A DNA stretch of 64,000 bases from Octopus vulgaris. Taxonomy: Eukaryota. Positions 45,360-59,378 of this stretch are shown in pieces. The notes below the pieces were generated by a model. The model was not told the DNA's origin. It searched no databases and worked only from the letters and a program-made list of their open reading frames with translations. The stretch covers positions 48,732,001 through 48,796,000 of the forward strand of contig OX597836.1 in NCBI GenBank assembly GCA_951406725.2, read 5' to 3'. Numbering within the stretch: the stretch's first letter is position 1; each line of letters starts with the position of its first letter. The translations under genes and the position numbers were made by a program.

Positions 45360-47018
45360 ATGGTTTCATGGTTTCATAACTACCGTCTCAGTTTCAACCT
45401 TGGAGTCCTAGTAATCTGCACTTACCTAGCCTTCCTAATCGTTTAGATCACCTGTGAACTAAACCCCCATATTTTGTGTGTGTATATATATATATTCTTT
45501 TATTTTTTTTTTACTTGTTTCAGTCATCTGACTGCGACCATGCCGAAGCACCACTAAGGAAAATTCGAGAGTCTGTTTCTTGATACGGATTTATTTTTAT
45601 CTACAAAAAACATTGTCGTCAAGATTACAGCGGCTCGGTTTATTTACACGGCCTTTTTTTAATTTAAGGTATAAAAACAAAATATTTTTACTAATATCTT
45701 GGGATAAGTTCAAGATATAGTATTAATTTACAACACCGTTGATTTATATCAAATATTTAAAAAATTTATAAAAAATGGCTTCAACACAGAAAGGACTGCT
45801 ACGGTCACTTCTATGTTTTTGAGGGTTTAATGCCTTCTGTTTTTGCATATATTCAGTGATGGTCCATTTTCTTAATTCAAGTCTCTCTTCATGAAAGGTC
45901 TAACTTTGGACTGCAACAAACCGCTTGGATTTTCAGCTTATCCAGTGCCATGAGTGAAACAGCTTTATTAGAACAGTGCAGAACCTTCCAACCGTTCAAA
46001 CTACTCGGCAACACTGTGATCGCACGTTTGTCGTTGATATTGAATCAATCTGATATATCAAAGAAATTTGAATATTGATTTCCCAAAATACATGAATTTA
46101 AACCATCTGATTACGCAACGACTGAGTTCCATTGCTGCCTCTCTGAGGTTTGATGCGCTTCTTAATGTTGATATAAGTTTCAAACCAGCCCTGCGCCTTA
46201 CCGTCGGCTTCATTTCTCATGGAGTACATGTGCACCAATGATGTCTGATGAGAAAGCTTATGAACGACAATGCTTCCTACATCCTAGGAAATACATGTCG
46301 TAGTGTTTTGTACTGAGTTGATATCGTCTCGAGATGTTGTTAGTGTTGCGATAATGAAGCCCAACATATCAACCACCAATTGTTGTTTAATTTGGGCAAC
46401 TGACCAAAGTGCAACGAGTTGCTTGTATTTCGAATAATACGACAGCGAATACTGAAGCTTGGACTGGTTTATATCATGAATTTCACTTGATGTTTGCCAA
46501 GTAGTTATCCGATCACTAGTGTGTGAGTGAAGGTATGGAAAATGGGAGCTCGCTGAAACCTGGGGAGATATGACTTCGTTAGAAAGACTATAATTTGGCA
46601 TTGTCACGGATGGCACGGAAGACGGAGCGGGAAAATATTAATCCGCCAAATCAAATGAAAACAAAACCTAAAATATTAGTCTCTTTTTCTGTACATCTTA
46701 TTTTTTGAATTCTGTTTTTAAAATGCTCATTCGATATTCTCATGAAATGCAAGAAATTAACTTTGGTTCTTATGAAATAATGTCACAAATTTAAGCAGGG
46801 CAGTTTGATAATCTTAGACAGTTTGATCTTTGATTCAAAAAAGGCCTCTCAATCTGAGACGGTATCTTCAAACTGGAGACAGCTCTGAATGCTTGCAGAA
46901 GACGAGATTCTAATTGAAATAGTCAATGTGCCAGATGTAGTGTGACACCAAGTGACGAATTAAGTCCGAGTAGGCCATACCAAGATTTGAACACAGAACG
47001 CAATGATTCCGAGAATAT

Positions 47019-47310
47019 TAGGTTGTCCGGAAAGTTCTGAGCGTTTTTTAATATGCAAAAAAAAGGAATTTGAATAATTCACCGTTCAATAATTTTTTAA
47101 AAAGTAAATGCATCATTAATTTTAATCCTTTGAAACTTTACACAGCTACTACTGTGGAATACGAACCAATGACACACGATTTACAAATTTGGAGCCTTTA
47201 TGCTCTTAGCCATTTTGTCTCAGCAGTAAATCATCGAATTGTCGTTTTATAATCCTCATCGTTTCGAGTCTTTGTTGACTCGAACCAGGCATCAAGAACT
47301 GTAGAATGAT
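47019..47310. mobile_element. Mariner-type end fragment
   Basis: TTAGGTTGTCCGGAAAGTTC resembles the TIR at 53844. Confidence 0.5.
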
Positions 47311-47684
47311 AATTTACATCATCAATGAGCCATTCGTTTTTTTTCTCTTTTCAAATATAAACTCACTTTAATCACCATGACATAAGCACCAACTGAATTA
47401 CTGGGAATCGCAAGTAATGTTCAACAGCCGATCAATCACAGTTCGAAAAGGGGAAACAATCAGTGTAAGAGCCATGCAATTATTTTGAGTACGTTATGTG
47501 TTCAGTTGTGGAAGGGTGGATACATGAACCTCAGTATGTGGCCAAAGTGGTTTTCTGGGTGATGCTGGTGGTGTGATGTCCTGGGGGTGGGGGTGGGGGT
47601 GGATTGTAATTAGTTTTGTTGGAAACAAAGGATTACGATTTTTGTGTCTTGTGTGTAAATTGTGTGTGTGTGTGTGTTTGTGTG

Positions 47685-47766
<82 letters not shown>

Positions 47767-47789
47767 TGTGTGTGTGCAGAATTTTATTT

Positions 47790-48165
47790 CGAGTAAGACG
47801 TGTGTGCGAATGTTGTGGATGCTGGTTTTTGTATGTTTGAAGTATTTATGCGGGTGTGAGGGTCGGGTGCTTTTCGTTTTCCTTTTCCTCCTAGCCATAG
47901 TCCAATCTTCGTTACCTCATTTGAGGTTGATGGTAAATTTTTTGGTGTCCCTTTCTGGGTACTTTTTTTTCCAAAGGCTCCCCTGGTGTGGTCTTCTTGT
48001 TTTTTCTTCTTTTGTCCGTTCTTCATATTCTTTGTCTGTCTGTGATGTGTAGGTTTCCTTTTCCTCTTTCTGGCTGTACTGCGTTGTTTGTCGCTGGGTG
48101 TGTTTCAAGTTGCAGGTCCTGCGGGCAGGGTTGCCTTAATATGTCCCTCTAGGCCCGGAACCATT
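47790..48165 (-). mobile_element. Gag-like ORF1 remnant related to the 19-20 kb element
   Basis: GLEGHIKAT(C)P knuckle followed by an E/K-rich tract and W.MARRKRK, as at 19033-19335. Confidence 0.55.
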
Positions 48166-48291
48166 ATCCTTAATTTAGTGTCGTCTGGTAACATAACAAA
48201 TTTTGGCATTTCTTCCAGACTTTTTCCCCAACTGTGTTGATGTTGTAATTATTATTATTTTCATTTTCATCATTATTATAGTTATTATTAA

Positions 48292-48494
48292 AGGCGGCAA
48301 GCTGACAGAAACGTCAGCACGCCGGACGAAATGCTTAGCCGTATTTCGTCCGTCTTTACGTTCTGAGTTCAAATTCCGCCGAGGTCGACTTTGCTTTTCA
48401 TCCTCTTGGGTTCCATAAGTACCAGTCGAACCCTGGTGTGTCGACCAATACCCCTTCCCACAACACTACAGGCATCGTACCTATAGGTGAAAGG

Positions 48495-48495
<1 letters not shown>
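48292..48495 (+). mobile_element. SINE family A
   Basis: Head, core and GAAAGGATTATT tail. Confidence 0.85.
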
Positions 48496-48539
<44 letters not shown>

Positions 48540-48606
48540 TGTACACATAAACAGATAATAGATAGCGATGGTCCTGGTCAGTTGGATGTCGTAATGTCCG
48601 TCTTAC

Positions 48607-48774
48607 GTTGGCCACTCTTCTTTGCCTGTATCCCTAACATGGCTGCTGTCACATAAAATTGGATCCTGCACAACACCAGTCGTATACGACAACTCATTCT
48701 TATCGCGTTCATCTCTTTTCGCTGTCGTCACTTTCGATTCCGCTGCCTCTTCTTCATCCAGCTCTTCGTGTATA

Positions 48775-48775
<1 letters not shown>
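48607..48775 (-). CDS. Candidate isolated coding exon (acidic, unknown protein)
   Basis: CAG acceptor, 169-nt open frame IHEELDEEEAAESKVTT..GKEEWP, GTAAGA donor; no TE motif recognised. Confidence 0.3.
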
Positions 48776-48847
<72 letters not shown>

Positions 48848-49224
48848 GCACGCACACACACACGCACGCACGCACACGTATACATGCAGAAACGCACACA
48901 CAAGACAAAATAAATATGGAGGATTATCCATCTAGGCAGTTTTTATTATTTCAGTCATAAATGTTTAAAGAAAATATACTGTATAAATGGTTAGAATAAT
49001 AAAAACTGTGCAGATGTATACAATTCTCGTTGCTTTAATTGTCTCTGATATACGCTCAGAAAACTGTTTATAATCCAACGAAACGAGCACAGGGTTTACA
49101 CATCGGATAAAACGCTTTGGGAATAGTCTTACGTTATTCCTTATCATTGGATGCGGTTAGCCGTAATTTGGATTATACTACAGTGACTAGTTCTATTATG
49201 ATCTATTATCCCTATCTATTCACG

Positions 49225-49411
49225 TGGCTTCCTTCCAAATAACATGGTTCCAGGTTCAGTCACACTGCGTAGCACCTTGGGCAACTGCCTTTTACTAAAA
49301 TCTCGAGCCGACTAAAGCTTTGTGAGGTGAGTGGATTTGGTAAACGGAAACTGAAAGAAAATCGTCACACACACACGCGCACACACACGCACGCACGCAC
49401 ACACACACACG

Positions 49412-49463
<52 letters not shown>

Positions 49464-49700
49464 TATATATGCGTGTGTTTGTTTTTTATGTCTGTGTTTG
49501 TTTCCCTTCACCGCTTGACAACCGGTGTTAGTGCATTTACGTTCCTGTAACTTAGCGGTTGAGCAAAATCAGACTAATAGAATCAGTATTAGGTTTAATA
49601 TAAGCAAGACCATGGGTCGAATTGTTCAACTAAAACCCTTCAAGGCGGTGCCCCTGTATGGCCGCAGTCAAATGACTGAAACAAATAAAAGAAAAAGAAG
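49225..49700 (+). mobile_element. SINE family B, diverged, (CA)n internal
   Basis: Core and tail motifs. Confidence 0.8.
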
Positions 49701-49909
49701 AATATATGCATATATTTATATATATGTATATATTTATATATATCTGTATATGTATGTATATGTATATATTACGTGGCCGACCAGACTATCGGATGCTATT
49801 ACACATCACTGGTTACAATGCGCTTTGCATTGTTTTAGTCATGAAATGACGCTACAGCGCTGGCTAGATCAACAGGCCAACGAAATTATATATATATGCA
49901 TACACACAC

Positions 49910-49975
<66 letters not shown>

Positions 49976-50717
49976 ATGTATATATATATATAACAATTTA
50001 GCTAGGTGTAAAATTCACCTAAGGGATATTAAATATTCGAAGAATTTACTGGTTTATATAACCTATATCAATAACAATGTTATTCCAATAGGTAAATAAA
50101 AAATAAATCCAATTTATTAAATTACAATTATATATAAGGAATGGAAAGCAAAACAATAAATTGAACAATTATGAATTCAATTTAATTTAAATATTTTATA
50201 CAAACAAATCTCATAAGAGATGTTTCTGCTTCATTAATAAAACGAAGTTTTTCAAGAATAATCAAATCCGTTTAAACATATAATGATGGTTCATCAGATT
50301 GACATATCTCCTTCATTATTTCTCGAAAAATATCAATCGAAAATATTTACAACTGCTAAGGCTTTTCGAGAACGCTTTTCAAGAGCGAGCTTAATCATAA
50401 ATAAGTAAATAATCTAACTGAAATTACATAAATACCTAAATTTAAATCTATAAATATTCAGTTCTATAACCGATTTTATTGCACAATACACACATTCATA
50501 TACACATATTTTTATATACTTATATATACACACATACACCTATCATTTATGTATGCATGCATACACACACATGTACGTATACACACATGCATATTCACAT
50601 ACACAAGATTAGTTATTCATCTATATCTATATGTTCGTTGTTTACACACCCGTCTTCGTTTTTTGTTTTTTTTTGCAAATTCCAACTATATGTGTGTGTG
50701 TGTGTGTGTATGTGTGC

Positions 50718-50760
<43 letters not shown>

Positions 50761-51321
50761 TGTATGTATGTATGTATATGTATATAATTTCATTCGGGTG
50801 TCAATCCTCTAATGACACGATGTGGCTGACTACTATAATTTATCCGACTACAAAATTTCGGAGTGTTAGAACTACAAACATGTCTCGATCCCTTATCTAA
50901 ATACTTGATGGAGTAAATATAACTCAGAGCAATAAAAGCATTATTGAAGAACATTGCAATAAAATAATTATCCTAATTCTTGATCGGTTAATTCAAACCA
51001 ATATTTTCTTTTGTTTTGCCTTGCTTGTAATATGCAGATGTAATCATGTCAACGCGCCAAACAAGAGACAGTCATAACTCATTTTGACAATTCGAGTGTC
51101 TACACCAAATGACTCCCATACATAATTCTGAAGAATCGAATTCGGTGTCGTTGCAATGACATCTCATGAATCATTAATAGCATAAATTATTGCATAAAGC
51201 AATATTCATGGGGTCGAATTCACATGAAACAATTGTAAATTGATGTAATAAAAGGACTTTCTAACTCCATCTTTCTTTGTGTGTGTATGTGTTTGTGTGT
51301 GTGTGTCTATACAAACACACG

Positions 51322-51379
<58 letters not shown>

Positions 51380-51517
51380 CTTGTTAAAATCGAGCATAAC
51401 TCATATATCGATCTGTGGGTCTCTGTTGTCTTTAAACCTTATAACAGCAGAGTAGTTAATCTACTATAATCCAGTAGATTAGTAGTTAATATTTTATTAT
51501 GTATAAAATATATTACA

Positions 51518-51548
<31 letters not shown>

Positions 51549-51551
51549 AAA

Positions 51552-51584
<33 letters not shown>

Positions 51585-51717
51585 GATCTAAAAATTAATA
51601 AATCTTTATTCTTCATAAAAGTAGGAGGGGAATACCTTTTGTGATTTTAATCTTTATTTGGATGGAAAAAACGGGCTTATTACACATACACACGCATTAG
51701 CATACATACATAAACAT

Positions 51718-51871
<154 letters not shown>

Positions 51872-51879
51872 CGTTTTAA

Positions 51880-52280
51880 AGGACGGTGGATTTGGTTGGA
51901 TCGTTGGAGCGTCGGATGAAATACTTCGCTGTATTTCTTTGCGTTCTGAGTTCAAATCCGGTCGAGGTCAAGTATGCTTTTTATCCCCGAGACTCAATAA
52001 AATAATATAGACTAAAGCATGGAGTGAGTGTAGGGGAGAGGTAATCGAGTATCGCCCCCCCCCCCATCCGCTAGAATTGCTGACCTTGGGTCTAAAACAG
52101 AAATCACTTAAAGGCTGAGACTCGGCTGCATCCCGATGACAAGGTACTTCTTAGTTCAAATCCAGGCAAGGTAAACTTTGTCTTTCATTCGGTCGATATT
52201 ATAAAGTATCGTCGAATTACAGAGATCGATGTAATCGATAAATCTCCTCTCCACAAAATTATTTGCTTTGTGGCTGGAGA
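51880..52280 (+). mobile_element. Two diverged SINE family A copies
   Basis: TTCTGAGTTCAAATCC and core remnants twice. Confidence 0.6.
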
Positions 52281-52434
52281 CAGACTTGAAGCAGATCTAG
52301 AGCGGAGAGAACTTGTCGTGGGTGAGGTCGCGAATGGCAGCGCAAGGACTTTCACAAACCTAACTGATTGATTGACCGAACAATTAATCAGATAATCGAT
52401 TAGGTAATTGGTTATATGGTTAACCAATTGAGTC

Positions 52435-52483
<49 letters not shown>

Positions 52484-52524
52484 TGATGATGATGATAATA
52501 ATAATAATAATAATAATAAAATAA

Positions 52525-52633
<109 letters not shown>

Positions 52634-52869
52634 GAATGAAACGGAACGAGTGTGTGTATATTACTGGTATACTGACTCTCCCAAGCAACAATAAAATTAT
52701 ACACAAAATTTTACAGTAAATCAGTTTGATGTGAGAACAAGTTTTAAGGAACCAATGGCGTTGATAGAGTGATCTTCCTACCTTCGCTTTCGGATCAGGG
52801 GAAAAGGTGATGGAAAATAACGGCACAAGACTTAAGTCACAGCTCCACACTCAGAACGAATGCATTACT

Positions 52870-52975
52870 GGGCAGGAGACATTTTGGTGCTGCCGTTTGG
52901 GCGCCGCTTATTTGTTGCCGCCATTTTGGCGTAGCTGGTTTCATGATGACTTATTTGACATCCGACATTTTTATG
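52870..52975. repeat. Degenerate ~15-bp tandem (TTTTGGCGCCGCC-like), probable DNA transposon subterminal repeats
   Basis: TTTTGGTGCTGCCG, TTTGGGCGCCGC, TTTGTTGCCGCC, TTTTGGCGTAGC. Confidence 0.45.
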
Positions 52976-53185
52976 TTTCTCTCATTTTCTCTCTCCCCCA
53001 TTTCTCTCCCCCTCCCCGCTCTCTGCTTATACGTTTGAGCTTATTTTTCTCTTTTCTGTATGAGGAGAGGGAAAATGGTTGTGTCAATCGATCATGTTCA
53101 AGTAATAAATTATAATCTCTCTCCCCCAACTCTCTCTCTCTCAATCTTTCTATCTTTATATGTATATGTCTGCGCGTGCGCGATC

Positions 53186-53257
<72 letters not shown>

Positions 53258-53431
53258 ATGTGTGTAAGTGTTTCTGTGTGTGTGCGCGCGTGCACGTGTA
53301 TTTGTCTCCAGTGGCAAAATGCATTGTCACCAAAACAGTCAAACGATTTACTGAATCTGGGCTCGACAAATGCTTCGAGGTTACAGATATCAAGGGAAAA
53401 ATTGACAAACACGTGCAACACCACCCTAGAC

Positions 53432-54522
53432 CAGGGCTCAGCGAACAGGGGTAAATAACGCCAAGCAGGGTAAAAATGAAATTCTTGTGGGTAATAAGAA
53501 CTCATTAGACATAAGTAAAATTATATTTTAAAAAACCCTGTTCCTTCTTACAACAGAAATGTTTCTTCAGGCATGGTGGGGGGCAGTGAAAAAGTTGCTG
53601 CCTTTTGCTAAAACCTAGCTTTGCAAACAAGGATTTTCCACTCTAATGGACAATCAAAACAAAGCAGAGTAATTGACCAAAGTCTGTCTCCAAATTGCTC
53701 TGGCATCAAAATGCCTCAATTTTGATGTAATTGTAACAAAAATGAAACACCATTTTTCCAAAACCTGAAATGAAAAAGTTTCTAAAAAAATCCTTTCGTT
53801 TCATAATGAGGATATTAATTTATTTTATTGCATTTGTTTTATATTGGGTTGTCTGGAAAGTTCGTGTCGATTTTTAAAGGAAAGAAAAAGGTCAATAAAT
53901 ACTTGCCATTACATTTTTAATCAACCAAATATGAACCATTTTGTTGCACAATGCATCTCCATCTTTCCTTTAACTTGAAAATACCCTCTTCCCAGAATTG
54001 AGGTGGTTTCATGGCAAAGAATTCATCAAGGTATCTTTTTACGTCATCCAAGGAATTGAAATTTTTACCATTAAGGCTCTTCTGCAGAGACCTGAATAAG
54101 TGGAAATCCGAAAGAGCAATATCTGGTGAATATGGAGGGTTCCCAAAGCGTCAAGTGCCGAAAATGAACTTTCTTATCTTCCATTTTAAAGGGTTACAAA
54201 ATTAACACAGGTTATAGGAACATAAACCTTCTTCCACGTAAAGATAGCTTAAACAGTGCTCTAAATGGAGGTGTAGTCAAATCCCATTTTATGGACTCAA
54301 CCATGTTCTAAAATAAGTCGAAAGGTAAGCTACTATAAATCGGCACGAACTTTCGGGACAACCCAATACTTTTAATATTTATAATTATATTTTCCATATA
54401 AATATATTCAATAAAACTTTTGAATTGAAAGAATCTATGATTTTCTTCCTGTCAAATCAAGGGGGTAACTTCGGCATAAATAAATATATGGGGGGGGGGG
54501 GTAAAAGTTCCCCCGACCCCTA
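53432..54522. mobile_element. Non-autonomous hAT element with 8-bp TSD CCCTAGAC
   Basis: TSD at 53424-53431 and 54523-54530; TIRs CAGGGCTCAGCGAAC / GTTCCCCCGACCCCTA. Confidence 0.85.
53844..54366 (-). mobile_element. Internally deleted mariner
   Basis: TIRs TTGGGTTGTCTGGAAAGTTCGTG / CACGAACTTTCGGGACAACCCAA with TA TSD; PYSPDIALSDFHLFRSLQ..RWRCIVQQNGSY. Confidence 0.92.
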
Positions 54523-55400
54523 CCCTAGACTGAGGCACCGTGAAAGAAGAACTAGAACCTCAAGGAAGTTATAAATATTTGAAGAAGATGGGATTAGTCA
54601 CTCACTAATGAGAGAAAAGATAAGGAAGGAGCTGTGCCGAGGATTAAGGGCCATTCTGAAAACCGAATTCAACGCCAGAAACGAAATTGAAGCCTAAACA
54701 CATTGGCCATCACTGCAATCACACAAGGCTTCAATATTATAAACTGGTTCCTGTCTGGGATCGACAAAGTTGATGTCAAAATAGGAAACCTGGTGACGAC
54801 GCATCGCATGCATTCACCCCAAAGCAGACAGAGCCGGAATATACCTTCTGAGTAAAAAGAAGGCAATCGGGGGTCAATACAATCTCCATTCCTGTTGGAA
54901 ATTTCAACCATGAGACTTTCTGCCAACCTGCAATCGTCAATGTCTAAACAGCCGCGCCCAGTGTCTCGTTTCGTACCTTGTCATCTCCTTTAATAACAAT
55001 CGACCGAATGACAAGCCTAGGACGACCAGAAGCCGCGATAATTCCTACACTCTGCAGCGTGAGTTATAAATGGATAAATAAGTAAAAATGGCTGCCGAAA
55101 GTGTCATCTGAAAACGTGTTTCTGAAATGCAGGACGTGGAAAGGTTTGTTTCGGATTCAGGAGGTGAAAGCGTGACAAACATTTATAAAAGAACTACGGG
55201 TTCTGAACATTGTCTTTTCTTCTCTCTTGAATCACGCAATTTCCTATTTGACTCAGTTTTCAGTCAAAATAACAACCGCAAGACAAGCATCTCTGGATTG
55301 CTTATTTTCTATTCGTCTCTTTTACAATGAAGGCTTTATCGACGGTACGAAACAGCATTCTTTATCGGTTTAGAATCCACTTGTTATTAGGCGACATGTA

Positions 55401-55472
<72 letters not shown>

Positions 55473-55894
55473 GTAGAGAGGAGAAGATACACATACATGT
55501 TTATATATATATGTGTGTGTGTATGTATGTATGTATATATGAATGACTTAGGATTGGCCAAATTACTGGTGACGTCAGAGAGCCAGCAAAAAGTGGGACA
55601 GACAGATAGTTAGTGAGAGAGAGGGGGAGACAGGAGAGAGAGTGATAGAGAGGAAGGGTAACAGAGAGAAAAGGAAAGAGAGAGAGAGAAAGAAGAATAG
55701 AAAGAAGGAGTGAGAGAGGAGGGAACTGGTGAGACAAGCTCAGAAATGAGAGAGAAAGAAGTTGAGATGAGTTGTGTACGGATCGTGATTGGTGGAATTA
55801 GTGTTGACGTCAGACACTCCCAGGAAGGAGTCATTCCTCGAGTTGTGATTTCAATCGGCCTCCATATTGTCTAATACTGGCGTCTGTGATACCC

Positions 55895-56360
55895 TGACCG
55901 GCCAGAAATAACAGCCACATCTCTCAAACCCGCAACATTATGGTCTTCTACATATTAGCATTGGATTATAAAGATTTGAAGGCAATATTTTAATAGTAAA
56001 AACAGATGGGATGATCACATCTGGAACGTCTTTTATGGTAAGTCTGCTCAATTGGGACTGATCTTAAGTATAGCATCAATTTGGATAAAGATACAATGAG
56101 AGAGAGGGAGAGGGAGAGAGAAGGAAAGAGGGAGAGAGAAAGAGAGAGGGAGAGAGAAAGAGGGAGAGAGAGAGAGGTGCTAGGTGGCCGTTATAGCAGC
56201 CATGTCTCTCTCAAATCAAATTCTACCGGCTTCAACAAGACCGGATATATTTTATACAATGTAGAATAATCTCTGATATAGAGAAAAATAGGATGGGCAC
56301 GGTTGGAAGGTCTTTTATACTATATAGATTTGTTGGAACAAGACAGGCTTGAAACTAAAT
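55895..56360 (+). repeat. Unclassified interspersed repeat (AGAAATAGCAGCCAAATCT family), two copies
   Basis: Motif also near 39350, 43788 and on the minus strand at 63020-63200. Confidence 0.55.
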
Positions 56361-56528
56361 AACAATGTCGCCATCATAAACAGCAACAACAACAACACTG
56401 CCCCCGCCGCCCTCACCGCCTCCTCACCGCCGACGACGATGATGATGATGACGACTCCAAGTTTAAATGGTTGTTCCTTGCTGTACCGACTCGAGTTACA
56501 GCTCGATTCATATTCATTAATTCGTGAA

Positions 56529-57030
56529 GGCGCGTGACTCTAGTGGTTAGAGTGTTCGGCTCCCGATCATAATGGCTTAGGTTCAATGTCCAAGCCGGAC
56601 GGCGCGTTGCATCCTTGAGCAGGACACTTCATTTCACGTTGCTCCAGTCCACTCGGCTGAAAATGTGTACCACCCTATCGCTGGTCTTTGTCAGTCAGTT
56701 TCTCGCCTCTCTCTTCCCCTACATGTGCCACCAGGTCAAAGGGTAGGAGGGTCAAAATGGGATCTCCGTTAGCTCACAACTACACAGGCCTCTAAAACAC
56801 TTAATAAAAACATGGTACATTTTACTAAGTTATACTCCCTTGCGATTGTGTGTGTGTGTGTGTGTGTGTGTGTATAGATAAAAGTATACGGCCTAGTGGT
56901 TAAGGCGTTGGATGCATGATCACGAGGTCATGATGGGTTCAATTCTTGGACTGGGTGACACGTTGCGTCCTTGAGCAAGATACTTCATTTCACCTTGTTT
57001 CAGCCTTCTCAGTTGAAAATAAGTACCTAC
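56529..57030 (+). mobile_element. Two family C SINE heads (56529-56672, 56888-57030)
   Basis: TAGTGGTTA / GGTTCAAT boxes and CCTTGAGCA.GA.ACTTCATTTCAC core. Confidence 0.75.
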
Positions 57031-57199
57031 CGATTGCTGGTGAGGCCCTCCTTCACCCTCCTTCCAGTTGTCAGACCCTTAGTGTTCCTCTGAGTCATAC
57101 GATGGAAGAATCGATAGGCTGTCCACCTCTGTTCAGACTATAGTAGCAATTAGTAAAAGCAATTAGTGATATTACAAAGCCATTCTCATTCACGGCTGA

Positions 57200-58560
57200 C
57201 GCCTGACTTTGGCCCATAATTTATAGAAAGCAAATTATTTTGGGTTTCCGCAAAATATCGCCATCTGCAGATAACATGCCCTCAGAAAAAGTTGTCAAGT
57301 TTTTGCACCGTAAAACAATTTTACTATATTTAATAATGAAAAGTATAAAGCCGAAGTAGGACAGAAGATAACATATCTGGGATAAGAATCCAAATTGTAG
57401 TTCTTCGAACTTTGGTTGTTTTTCAAAGAATATATCTATGTGTGTTTCACTTTTTCTCAATAATTCTCTCGCGAAATAATTCCCTGTTGCAGGATTTCAT
57501 ATCCAGAAGCATCCTTCTTTGTCTTCTTGCTGTTACACTTCTGGTCGGGACTATTTTTCGTAAACTGATCCATCACCTCCCTAATCTTGGAGATGTTGTT
57601 AGTGAGGAATTCCGTAGTAAACATTTTTTCTGGTGTTACTAGCTTTTCAGAAAGATATTCAGCAACACTTGGATCGCATTACAGCTGTGTCAGTTCCTGT
57701 GACTCTTCAGTAAATAAACCCTTACCATGAGACTCTGTAGATTCCCCCAAATCTTTCACAATGACATTTTTTCTTCTCTCTTCACAAACGATGTCATTGA
57801 TGGCTCCTGGTATTAAATTTTTGCAAAATTCTAAGATGTAATTGTTTGCTTTTGGTCAAAGATTCTTCGAAAACCCATTCAAGCATTTCTTAGTCATTTC
57901 GTCTCAGCTGCTTTGGTGTCATCCATGGCCTCCATGATGTGGTAATTCTAACAAACGTCTCCGTTAGACTGTTTCTTTTGACAATCGGTTTATTCAATAA
58001 GTTGCTTTAAAATGCAACAAATACAGTAGTAGGCCTTGATTTTAGAATCTACATCCCCATCTATGGGTTGGAGTAAAGATTTGCTACTTGGAGGTTGATC
58101 TTTGATAGGAACGCAAGTCTGAAAGTGGTTGAGATTGGAGGAGAGACCTTGGACTCTACCAATGAGCGACCAGTTCCTTAAATTCAAGCGTGTATTCTTC
58201 GCAATATCTTTTCAGAATCGTTGTGTGAAAATTTCTTTAACATTTGACAAAGAATTCACAGCATCCGGGGCTTTTGATCTCCGCAACAAGGCAGGCCTTT
58301 TCCTCACTATTTCCGGCAACAATATATGGCCCTTTATTCTTATTCCCTGTCGCTGTTTTTTTTTGTTTTTTTTTTAATTATTCCACCAGTCATCGTGCGG
58401 ACATTTCCGGAAGATGGCCCCTGGCGATGCGAGTGATACCTTTCAACCGAGGCCAACTCAGCCGACGTTTTCTATCACAAACAGAAAGGTCTAGTGACAT
58501 CTTTATCTTTCTATCTCTTGTTCTTGGACAGTAAAAATACGGCCTTTTTGGTGAGATGTG
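57200..58560 (-). mobile_element. Pogo/Tigger transposase remnant
   Basis: SLLQPIDGDVDSKIKAYY resembles the Tigger LQPMDQGVI..KAYY motif; heavily disrupted. Confidence 0.65.
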
Positions 58561-58678
58561 ATGCTTTTAGCGCAGATCCACGAAGGGCTGCCCTTCCTGT
58601 CATTGTTGTCTGGTGTTCTTCACCTCGCTGGAAGGAATGCACCCAGGCATAACTGTCGACTGATGAGTGCATCTACTC

Positions 58679-58681
<3 letters not shown>

Positions 58682-58716
<35 letters not shown>

Positions 58717-58928
58717 AATGTATGTATGTATGTATGTATGTATGTATGTATGTATGTATGTATGTATGTATGTATGTATGTATGTATGTATGTATGTGTG
58801 TATGTGTGTATGTATGTATGTATGTATGTATGTGTGTATGTAAGTATGTATGTATGTATGCATGTATGTATGTATGTATGTATGTGTGTATATATGTATG
58901 TATGTGTGTATGTATGCATGTATGTGCG

Positions 58929-58962
<34 letters not shown>

Positions 58963-59012
58963 TGAATGTATGTATGTATGTATGTATGTGTGTATGTATG
59001 TATGTATGTATG

Positions 59013-59046
<34 letters not shown>

Positions 59047-59378
59047 TGTATGTATGTATGTATGTGTGTATGTATGTATGTATATATGCATGTATGTACG
59101 TATATATGTATGTATGTATATGTATGTATGTATGCATGTATGCATGTATGTATGTAAGTATGTATGTATGTGTGTATGTATGCATGTGTGTATGCATGTA
59201 TGTATATATGTATGTATGTATGTATGTATGTGTGTATATGTATGTCTGTGTATATGTATATATGAATGTATGTGTATGTATGTCTGTATGTGTGTATATG
59301 TATGTCTGTGTATATGTGTGTATGTATGTATGTATACATGTTTGTATGTATATATGTATGTTTGTGTACGTATGTGTG
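58682..59378. repeat. (ATGT)n-rich microsatellite
   Basis: Directly visible; a similar array occupies 63607-64000. Confidence 0.95.

Larger units (their letters stand above)
53300..54940 (+). mobile_element. R4/Dong RT C-terminal fragment split by a hAT insertion
   Basis: GLDKC before 53431; YKYL..MREKIRKE..RAILKTEFNARN..NIINW..HRMHSP after 54531. Confidence 0.75.

Noticed and set aside
46240-46270. CTGATGA hits here and at 58660, 1731 (minus), 1900 (minus) and 27148 (minus)
   Set aside because: No properly placed stem II, GAAA and stem I; 27148 is the RT YTDD codons
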